NCBI RefSeq assembly: GCF_016433145.1
Contig: NC_058131.1
Location: forward strand, 619,825,550-619,889,549
Source: Gracilinanus agilis
Lineage: Eukaryota
Direction of reading: 5' to 3'
DNA: 64,000 nt
A program made the translations under genes and the position numbers. Position 1 is the first letter of the stretch; every line of letters starts with the position of its first letter. The notes under the pieces were generated by a model. It was given only the letters and a program-made list of their open reading frames with translations. It had not been told where the DNA came from and ran no database searches. Shown in pieces: positions 26,012 through 43,632 of this stretch.

Positions 26012-29000
26012 TGGTTCTCCCCATTAAGCTGTCACCAGCTCCTGGGACCTGGCCTGCTGAGGCTAGGCCGTTTAAGGCTGCGGTCCCCCTCTCAGACTGC
26101 AATGACCCCAGGCCTCTGGCTATCTGCCTTTGGCCTCCTCCGAGGCGACCATCTATTCCTGTGTCCAGCACCAGGCCCTGGCTCCCCTGCCCCTGAGGAC
26201 ACTGTGCACCTACGCAGACTGCAGGAGATCAGTGAGCCAGGGGTGGGCGGTATGGACAGGGAGGGAGGAATTTGGGGAAGAAGAGACTAGAGGAAGTGCC
26301 CTAATCTCTCTTTTCAGAGTCACTTGGAGGTCACAAGGGGTCTCTCTTCACCCTTTTAGGTGTTGTGTCTGCAAGTGATAGCCCTGATAAGAAGGACCAT
26401 TTAGTCCTGGTGGAAACAGGAAGGTAAGAGCCCTTGAAGAAGTTGATTGGGGGGGGGCCCGTTTTCCTCCCCCACCCCCAGCCCCTCCTCCAGAGCTCTG
26501 GCCATATCTTGCAGCCTTGCTTCTAACTGCACTGGCCAGCTCTCTCTGTGCACAAGGCTTCCTCTTGAGCTGTGGAGCCTGATCAGGTTGAGGTTTTCCT
26601 GCCCTCTGCTGGTAGCTGGAGGGCTCTAGGTCCCAAAATGAGCTGTCCAAAAATGGATTGTCCTGTTGTAGGAAGTTGACACTTCCTCATTTACTGGAGC
26701 TCTTTAAATAGACATTAAATGACCATTTGCCATTTTGGAGGGGCTCTTGCTCAGCATAGATGAGTACCGGGGACCCTTCCCACTATGAGATTCAAAAAAA
26801 AAAAAAAAGTTGGCAATTTGGCTGTTGCTTTAAACCATCCTAGTCATTCCGTATCTGGTATCTGTTCCCTTTCACCTGGCTCTGACCTGAGCCTCCTTGG
26901 GTCTCAGGACCCTGTATCTACAGGGGGAGGGCCGGATGGACTTTGCTGGCTGGAGCACTGCCATTGGAGGAGCAGCTGGTGGGGGGGGCACTGCACTGCA
27001 AGGGCAACAGATGAGTCGAGGAGACATTCCTATCATCGTGGATGCCTGCATCAGCTTTGTCACTCAACATGGTGAGGAGGGAGAGAGAGAAACAGGAGAC
27101 AGCTGGGGGAATGGTTCTATAGAACTGGTGATGGAGCATCCCTGGCATCTAGGCTCTGTTAACCTCATCCAATGCCATGAATAAGAGAGCACTATTTGAG
27201 CGGCATGGAGGATCGAGGGCGGGTACTGGACGTGTGGTGGAGGACAGAGGACAGTTGAGGAATGAAGAATAGTGGCTTTGAGATAAGAGACAAGTGTTAG
27301 GGGCTTGACAGGGAGAAAAGATGATGGAGGATGACAAGGTGCAATGGAGTGTGATGGGTGGTGGTGTTTGTAGGCTTACGTTTGGAGGGTGTATACCGGA
27401 AGGGGGGTGCTCGAGCACGAAGCCTTCGTCTCCTGGCTGAGTTCCGGCAGGATGCACGGTCAGTGAAGCTCCGGCCAGGAGAGCACTTTGTGGAAGATGT
27501 AACGGACACGCTCAAACGCTTCTTCCGGGAGTTGGATGACCCTGTGACCTCTGCACGATTGTTACCCCGATGGAGGGAGGCTGCAGGTAACTCCAAAAAC
27601 CTTCTCAGTACTCACCATAAGCAACTCAAACTCTTCTAAGATCCTCCCTCTTCTCACTATTGCCTCAACATCTCCATCTGGAGGACTGGGGAGGTGGAAG
27701 GTCATCTAAGACTATTACTAGAGATGAACCCCAGACATCTTTAGTTGTATCTGAACCCTGCTACAGAGGTGTTTATTCTCTGGAGTCCCCCTAATTCCAT
27801 CTCTCTCTCTATCTAAAAGCCTTTGCATCTCTCTATCTTCCAACCTTTACCCTTCCCAATTCTCATTTCATTCCCATTTTCAGAGTTGCCCCAGAAGTCT
27901 CAGCGGCTAGAGCGGTACAAGGAGGTGATTGGATGTCTGCCCAGAGTTAACCACAGGACATTATCCACCCTCATTGGTCATCTCTACAGGTCAGTCTAGT
28001 CTGATGATTCCCAAAGTGGGCGCTACCGCCCCCTGGTGGGTGCTGCAGCGATCCAGGGAGGTGGTGATGGCCACAGGTGCATTTATCTTTCCCATTAATT
28101 GCTATTAAAAGTTTTTAAAAAATTAATTTCCAGGGGGCTAAGCAATATTTTTTCTGGAAAGAGGGCTGTAGGCCAAAAAAGTTTGGGAACCACTGCTCTA
28201 GTCCAATGTTCCTTACAATGTTTTTATTTTTTATTTTAATTTAATTTAATTTTTTAAAAACTCTTACCTTCCATCTTGGGGTCAATACTGTGTATTGGTT
28301 CCGAGGCAGAAGATTGGTAAGGGTAGGCAATGGGGGTCAAGTGACTTGCCCAGGATCACACAGCTGGGAAGTGTCTGAGGCCAGATTTTGAACCTAGGAC
28401 CTCCTGTCTCTAGGCCTGGTTCTCAATCCACTGAGCTACCCAGCTGCCCCCCTTACAATGTTTTTAATTCACTGACCATAACTGATCTCCTAATGGACTC
28501 CCGACATTGACCGTGGTTCACAATTGGGCCATGTTAGTCACCACATTCCATGACTCTCCTGCTTTTCTCTCTCTCAGGGTGCAGAAATGTGCTGCTCTGA
28601 ACCAGATGTGTACTCGGAATCTAGCATTGTTATTTGCACCAAGTGTATTCCAGACAGATGGACGAGGGGAGCATGAGGTTCGGGTGCTGCAGGAACTCAT
28701 CGACAACTATGTTTCTGTCTTTGATGTAAGGCCCTTCCCGGCTCCAGTGATACTTAATCTCCTGACATTGCAGATCCTCAGTCTTAACACTTTCAATCCT
28801 TCTCTGACTCCCTGGTCCCCAGCATCAACAGCCTGAACTCCTCTGCATCACTGGCTATCTCTTTCTCCCCTTTTTGAGGCTTGTAACCCTTCCTTCAAAG
28901 ACCTCACCTCTGTGACAGTGCATTTGTGACTCTGCGTCACCCTGGCTTGTTTCTTTCTCTTTACATTTTATTGATGCCCTTTTGTTTTTATGTCATAGGA

Positions 29001-32000
29001 TTTCTAGATATTGCTTCTTTCCCCCATCTCACCCTAAAGGCCTTTTATTGTATCCACAAAAAAAGTAGTTATGAAAAATCAAATTGCACAATGAATGCTG
29101 CTGACAGTATATACAACATTCTCAACCTGTTGAATGAAAGGAGGGTTTTATTTAGTCACTCTCATCCCTCTGATCCTCAACTGCTACTCTCTGGCCTTTA
29201 AAATACGCACATTCTGGTTTTCTCCAGGACTTTGAGGTGGAAAGGTAGGCAGCTAGATGGTACAATGAATAGAACTCTGGAACTGAAGTCAAGAAGACCT
29301 GAGTTTAAATTTAGCCACAGACGCTTATAAACTATGTGACTCTAGGCAAGTCACTTAATCTCTGCCTCAGTTTCCTCAGCTATAAAATGGGGATAATAGC
29401 ATCTACCACCCAGGGTTGTTGTGAGGATCAAATGAGATAATATGTGTAAAGCACTCTGCAAACTCAAAGTGCTATATAAATGTTAGCTACTACTATTTTT
29501 ATTCTGCCACTCAGAAAATTAGTTTTCTTTATGCTCCCATAGTTCCCCAGTACTTCCCATGGATTGACTTTTATTCTCCCACAGATTGACTCAGACCAAA
29601 TGGCTCAGATTGACCTGGAAGTCAGTCTTATAACTACCTGGAAAGACGTGCAAGTAAGTAAGCCTGGTGCCTCAGTTATAGAACTGGGAAACATCAAGAG
29701 ACTTTCTGGCTAAATCAGGAAACTTCCAAAATTCCCCTCTGGTTCATGTCCCTATTTCCCTAGAACCTTAAGATGTAGTTTTCGCCTTCCCTTTGTAACT
29801 CATTTTTCACCTAATCCTTATCCTACCCTCACTCTACAATCTATAAAGGCTTCAAGAGATTTCAAATTAAATATCCCACTGATTCCCCTGTCCCAGTCCC
29901 AAGCATAAGAACCAGGAAGAAACTAAAGCAATGTAGCATAAATATGGCCATTGATTTGAAGCAGGAGGAGGGGACCAGCCTCTGAGCCTGACCATTCCCC
30001 ATACCTGCTTCTCTACTCTTCCACTGACTACTTCCTTCTTGATCCCCACCCCTAAGCTATCACAAGCTGGAGATATCATCATGGAAGTTTACTTGGAACA
30101 GCAGCTACCAGACAACTGCGTCACCCTGAAGGTCAGTCTTGGGCAAACTGGAAAGGAAATAAAAGGATGGAGGGAGGCCGAGGAAGCCTGAGAGCTACAA
30201 CCCTGACCCCTGCTATCTCTCTGACCTCAGGTTTCCCCAACTCTGACTGCTGAGGAACTGACAAATCAAGTACTCGAGATGAGGGGAGCAACAGCTGGCA
30301 CAGACCTGTGGCTGACATTTGAGATCCGAGAACATGGGGAGCTTGGTGAGGACTAGCAATGGGTAGGAGGGGGGACTGGACTATGGGACTCAGTTCCTCT
30401 AATCTCTGTGCCTGACTTTCCAGAGCGGCCCTTGCACCCAAAGGAACGGGTCCTAGAACAGGCTCTGCAATGGTGCCAGCTCCCGGAACCAGGCTCTGCT
30501 TCCCTATTACTGCGCAGGGTCTCCCTAGCCCAGGCCAGTTGCCTCTTCACAGGTAAGGCTAGCACCCCAACACCTTGTTCCCTACAATACTACTTGCAGC
30601 CTGTTCCTAACTGGACATGGACTTTAGCCCATCCACAAAGCACTAAACCACTGATCCCCAGATTGTTCCATTCTCCTCAGTTTCCTTGGTCTATCACTTG
30701 CCCATCTATGCTCAGGTGTACGACGAGAGAGTCCCCGGGTGGGCCTGCTTCGGTGCCGAGAAGAGCATCCCAAGTTGCTAGGAAGTCGTTTTCAGGAAAG
30801 GTTCTTTCTACTTCGAGGACGTTGTCTGTTGCTGCTTAAGGAGAAAAGGGTGAGTACCCCTGGAATACGTCACTTGCAGATCTCTAAATCCCCATGGTAA
30901 GAATAACTGTCCATATGCCCCCAGATGATTCTTGCCCACTCTACCTTCACTATCCCAGAGGCCCTAGGAATGTGGACTTGGATTTGGAAAGTCACTGTGG
31001 GCAGAGAGAAGGTACACCTGGTTATTGGTCATCCTGTTGTCCCCATGACCTTGGTGACTCTGATTTCTTATTGCCTGAATGACCTCCCTGACTCTGTCTC
31101 CAGAGTTCTAAGCCAGAGCGAGAGTGGCCTTTGGATGGTGCAAAAGTTTATCTAGGAATACGCCGAAAGCTAAAGCCTCCAACACCGTGAGTCATTGGAA
31201 GCCCTTGCCTTCTCTCCCATTCATATATTTTCACACCTCAGTCTATCCCTCTTCTTTCTTTTTCAACGCTGCTCTCCCTTGGTTCCTAGATGGGGCTTTA
31301 CATTGATCCTGGAGAAGTTGCAGCTGTGAGTATCACCATTCATTCCAAAGTTTCCAATTTGTTTCCTCTTGCTCTACTCTTCCTCTCCCCATTTCCTCTC
31401 CCTCATCTCCCTTTTCCCCTTTGACTCTCTCCTACTTCATCACCACCTTCACGGTAGACTGATAGAGGGTAAAACTGTCTGGTTCTTGCTGTCTAGCCTG
31501 GTTCATGTCTATGTTCAGTCACTTTTGCTTTCTCTCTCCTCCTCTCTCTGACCATCCTTCAGCTACCTGTCCTGCACAGATGAGGCGGAGATGTGGGACT
31601 GGACAACCAGCATCCTTAAAGCCCAGGTAAATAGGAAGTTGAGTTGGGGAGGAGAGCCTTTGTGGTCCATAGTCACACTTCTTTTGGGCTAGCCCATACC
31701 CATTAATACCTCCCATGCCTCTCTGCCCAGCATGATGACCTGCAGCCTGTGGTTCTTCGTCGACATTCTTCTTCTGATCTAGCTCGACAGAAGTTTGGGA
31801 CAATGCCTTTGTTGCCTATTCGAGGTGATGACAGTGGTGCTACCTTACTCTCTGCCAACCAGACACTGGTATGATCCCTCTCTATCCCGTTCTAACCCAG
31901 GCACTGTCCCTGGACCCAGCCCTTTTACCAAGATATAACTTCATTTTCCCTGCCCTTGTTCCTTCATGGCCAAGCTTTGCAAGCTCAAGGTTGGGGTGAT

Positions 32001-32927
32001 CCTACTCACCTGGGAAAAGTGCTTAGGGGGAGCACCTCCCCAGTCATCCCTTGCTCAGTGTCTCAATGTTCCCATCCCCCCTGCTCTGCTCTTTGCCTGT
32101 TGTTGCTCATTGTGTCTTTCCCACCCTTACTGCCTGTACCCAGAGACGACTGCACAACCGGAGGACACTATCCATGTTTTTTGTGAGTACTGTGCCCTCT
32201 TACCCCAATGCCATGCATCCCTCCTGTGCTCTTCTGTGCCCACTCCCTGTCCAGGGGCCTGCTATATGCTCCTGATGTGCTAAAATACTGATCTCTCTAT
32301 GAAGCTGGGAGGATGGTTCTGTTGGGGAGGGGGAGCTACTGGGTCATTAGATTCCGGGGAGGGGACCTTAGGGGGATCAAAGATATTCCCAGAGCCCTAA
32401 TATTCTCTCTATTCCACATCCAGCCCCTGAAGCTGTCTCAGGATTCTGTGGAAGAACAAGAGGAAGAGGCTGAGGAGCCAGTGTATGAGGAGGTAGGGGC
32501 CTTTCCTGAACTGACCAAGGACTCTCCGTTCCCACTGGACCAGACATCTGAACCAGAGGTCCCTAGGGATTCCCCCTCCAGCCAAACTGTATTTCCAGAG
32601 CAAAGTCAGAGCCCACAGATTGACCGACCCCTGCTTTCAAAGTCAAGCTCTCTGGGACAAGAGAAGGGACCTCCAGAGCTGCCTCCTGGTCCCCCCCAGA
32701 AAATCAGCTTCCAGCATCATTTGTCCCTGGAAGACAAACTGTTACAGGAGCTCAACTCACTGATACTTCGAAAGGGCGAGGCCACTGGTTCCAGTCTGTT
32801 GGCTTCTCAGCCTCCTAGTCCCCCAACATGGACCCCTAACCCTGTTAATCCCACTACACAAACTCCTGGACACTCTCCCAAATCTCCATGTAATTCCCAT
32901 TCCCCATCTGGCCAGCCACTTACATGA
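26012..32927 (+). CDS. ARAP3: ARAP3, 3' part only (PH, RhoGAP, RA, last PH domain, C-terminal tail); 17 exons
   Basis: GT-AG exons in continuous phase: 26012-26231, 26360-26423, 26908-27071, 27374-27586, 27884-27989, 28578-28725, 29585-29653, 30057-30131, 30231-30345, 30424-30552, 30716-30849, 31104-31186, 31290-31325, 31563-31626, 31731-31868, 32144-32182, 32424-32927 (TGA). Peptides include GDIPIIVDACISFVTQHGLRLEGVYRKGGARARS, RNLALLFAPSVFQTDGRGEHEVRVLQELID and ...SGQPLT*. 5' exons are missing beyond the gap. Confidence 0.96.
28002..28195. mobile_element. hAT MITE in ARAP3 intron
   Basis: Right TIR gtttgggaaccactg, degraded left TIR tgatgattcccaaagt. TSD gtctagtc (27994-28001) / ctctagtc (28196-28203). 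Confidence 0.8.
28227..28450 (-). mobile_element. Opossum SINE with 16-bp TSD
   Basis: TSD ccttacaatgttttta at 28211-28226 and 28451-28466, full-length head and tail. Confidence 0.92.
29245..29500 (+). mobile_element. MIR/CORE-SINE
   Basis: ggcagctagatggtacaatgaatagaactctggaactgaagtcaagaagacctgagttt...ctgcctcagtttcctcagctataaaatgggg. Confidence 0.75.
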
Positions 32928-33467
32928 TCCTGAAGCCAGCAACCAGCTCTAGGATGGGAATGTAGAAGGGCCTGATGCTCAAGAGACAAAAGACAATATT
33001 TATCCCAAGTGCCTACTCTCTAAGGGACTAAGCTAGGGGCTGGAAATACAAAGACAAAAAAAAAAAAAAGGATAAAAATTCCCTCCTTTCAGGGAGCTTA
33101 TATTCTAAAGACCCCCATTTCCCTACATACCAGAATATTTAAAGCATTGATGGGAAGCTCTATCAGTTACAGGCCAGGGAGAACTCCTCCCTGTCCCTGA
33201 AAATCCAGTGTGGAAAGAATGAGTCAGGAGACCTGGGCTGCAGTCAGGATTCTGTTACTAACTAGTTCTATAATCTTGGGCAGGTCCCTTCCCCTCTCTG
33301 GACCTCAGTTTCTCCATGTGTAAAATAAGAGGGTTAAATAGATTTCTGAGCTCCCTTCCAGGACTGACATTCTATGTTCTAAGTCCCCTAAGAGCCTCAT
33401 TGCTCAGTAGGCCTGTTGGGTTGGGGAGGTTTGGATGCAGACAGCCAGGCAGGATGGGAATCCATTT

Positions 33468-33473
33468 AATAAA
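33468..33473 (+). terminator. ARAP3: Candidate ARAP3 polyadenylation signal
   Basis: First AATAAA, about 540 nt after the stop codon. Confidence 0.5.
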
Positions 33474-33489
33474 CTTTGAAAACAAATGG

Positions 33490-33810
33490 CTACATGTTTG
33501 CTTTTGCTTCCCCTATGAAGCTGGGGTTACCACTCCTGGGCCAAGGACGGTCCCTAGCCCAAATGAAAAAGGAGGAGGGTTGGGCGTGGGGCTAGCAACC
33601 CCACCCTGTAAAAACTACATCTGCTAAAGAAACTGCAACCTAAAGTAGGGGCAGCTGGGCTAGCTCAGTGGATTGAGAGCCAGGCCTAGAGATGAAAAGG
33701 TCCTAGGTTCAAACCTGGGCTCAGACACTTCCCAGCTGGGTGACCCTGAGCGACTGTGTGACCCATTGCCTACTGGTTGTGGCCCTATGCTCCTAGAATG
33801 GAGTCCCAGG
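33490..33810 (+). mobile_element. RTE-like 5' fragment with an adjacent truncated opossum SINE
   Basis: gggttgggcgtggggctagcaaccccaccctgtaaaaac resembles RTE-clade 5' ends. SINE head ggggcagctggg at about 33646. Confidence 0.5.
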
Positions 33811-34249
33811 ATAAGAAAAAAATGAAGCTGGGGTTGAGGGAGTGGGGAAAACCTGATGGAAGACCTTAAGCTTAAGTTATAGACAATTGGGAAGGGGATC
33901 AGCCCAGATGCCTTGAAAGAAGAGAGAATTGAAGTTCAGGACAGTCCTTAGAAAGAAGAGAGCACTTGTGGGATAACAAGTGAGCCCACTCTTCCACCTC
34001 CATGGCACTCCTTATTCCCCAGTATTGCCGAGTACTGGGGAGCTCCCACAATGTACCTTTGTCCCTCTCATCTCTCCCACTCCCGGGGCCCCAGGCAGCT
34101 TTCTCACCGAGACTGCTCTGGCTTTTCCGGTTCGGTGAGCAATTGGGGAAGGCAAATCCCGGTGCCCCCGAACCGGGGCCAAACCCAATCCTGGGCTGCC
34201 CCTGCCTCCACTCTAGGTTCCCCAAATCAGTTTGTCCCTTCTCTAAGGG

Positions 34250-34747
34250 CACTGACGTCATTACAACCACTTCCTCTACCTTTCCCCGCTTCCCCTGTCC
34301 GGTGATGGCCTTGGTGGTGATGGGACCCCGGCTGCAGATCTGCATATGTAAATAAACATATTTGCATAAAAGAATACATTGGCTAAGGAGACTAATTATG
34401 GGTTGAGTCAGTGGCCCAGCCGGAAATGGAACCCAGGCGTCCAGACTCCCGAGCATAGGTTCTCTCCACCGCCCCGCAGACGCCGCGTCGTGCCTGCGGC
34501 CCCTGACCTCCCCTCCTGGTCATTCACCCACCAGGCTCCGTAGGGCTCCTCCCTGTCCTCCGCTTCCCGTCCCCAGCAGCCCGAAATTGGCACGGTTGGG
34601 ACTGGAGCTGGGGCTAGACAGGGGAAGAAGGGGTGGAAGAGGGGGTGGAAAGGGGGGCCGGGGGCGGGGCTCGTCTGGAGGGGTGGGGCCTCCAGGAGTT
34701 CCGGAGTCAGAGTCTCAGCTTCGGCCCGGTCTGCAACCGGAGTGGAG

Positions 34748-34750
<3 letters not shown>
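34250..34750 (+). promoter_or_regulatory. FCHSD1: FCHSD1 promoter (CpG-rich, motif cluster)
   Basis: TGACGTCA 34253-34260, ATTTGCAT 34360-34367, ATTGG 34378-34382, TGAGTCA 34404-34410, CCGGAAAT 34420-34427, GC boxes about 34657-34670. Confidence 0.7.
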
Positions 34751-42624
<7,874 letters not shown>

Positions 42625-42973
42625 GCCCAAGGGGGAGTCTTAGCCTCTTCCTTAGTGATGCCTCCCAACTGTCAAGTGGCTGCCATCAGAGAAAGTGTAT
42701 GATGACCTTTCCCCAACCTCATCTCCCCTCCTGGAAGCCAAGGGTGGGGCAGGGCCCGAGGACACTTAGGCGATATGGATGGGCCAGGTTTACTGTGTTT
42801 CAGGTTGCCTTCTTGTGGCTGTGGCCACTTGTGACTTGTCCCACCTCTCATCTCCCACCTCCCTCCCTCTCCCCTCCCCAGCCCCCAGTAGGTTGAGTGG
42901 TTGGGTGGGTGGGGGTGGGGGGTTAGAAAGCGTGGGAACCAGTGTGCATATCCGCTGTAATAGTCTGAGCTGA

Positions 42974-42993
42974 TTTATTGACAGTGCAATAAA
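42974..42993. terminator. Paired opposite-strand poly(A) signals (RELL2 on -, FCHSD1 on +)
   Basis: TTTATTG-ACAGTG-CAATAAA. A second + strand AATAAA lies at 43735-43740. Confidence 0.6.
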
Positions 42994-43632
42994 GGGGCAA
43001 AGAGCCCAAGCCAGTGCCTGAGCTTTTGTGTGCTGAGAGGGAGGCCTAATGGAGAGTATTGCTTCAGGTGCCCATTTTGAGCATGGGGCCTGCTCCAAGC
43101 AGATGGAGCAAGTTGATGGAGAAGGAAGGAGCCTGGGGTGAATGTAGGGTCAACTCCCCACCTTTGACTTGTCTTAGGCTGGGGATGTAATGAAGGGAAG
43201 GGATTGAGATGCTGGGGACCACTCTGCATTCCCAGCCTGAGATAATAGAATTCCCCAGGAAGAGAGGTTGTTCTGTTTCCTGGAGGGCAATGCTGTCTCG
43301 GAGTGGGAAGGGAGCTTCATGCTTGCCCCTCTTCCCTGCCCAGCCAGCTACTGATCCTTGCAGTAGGGAGTGAAGATGAAGCTTGGGGAAAAGGAGAGGA
43401 AGGGGATAGTCTTCCTGCCACCTTTAGCCACTTTCTCCACCCCCAACTCACACTTTACCTCTGGTTGCCCTTCCCTTTCAGTGTCCCTTTGGGCAGTGGT
43501 GCCCTTATTCCCTCCCTCCTTAAAATCAGCATCAGTAGCTGAAGTATTCATTTTACCTTGCAACTTAGGGAAGTGGAGGGGTGTTCCCTCCTTCCCTGGA
43601 AGCAAACATATTTTAGGAGGGCCAGACTCACC

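Noticed and set aside
26012-32927. ARAP3 as a pseudogene or an EMX2-ARAP3 fusion
   Set aside because: All 17 exons are intact and in phase, the truncation coincides with a placeholder gap, and EMX2 is transcribed in the opposite direction.
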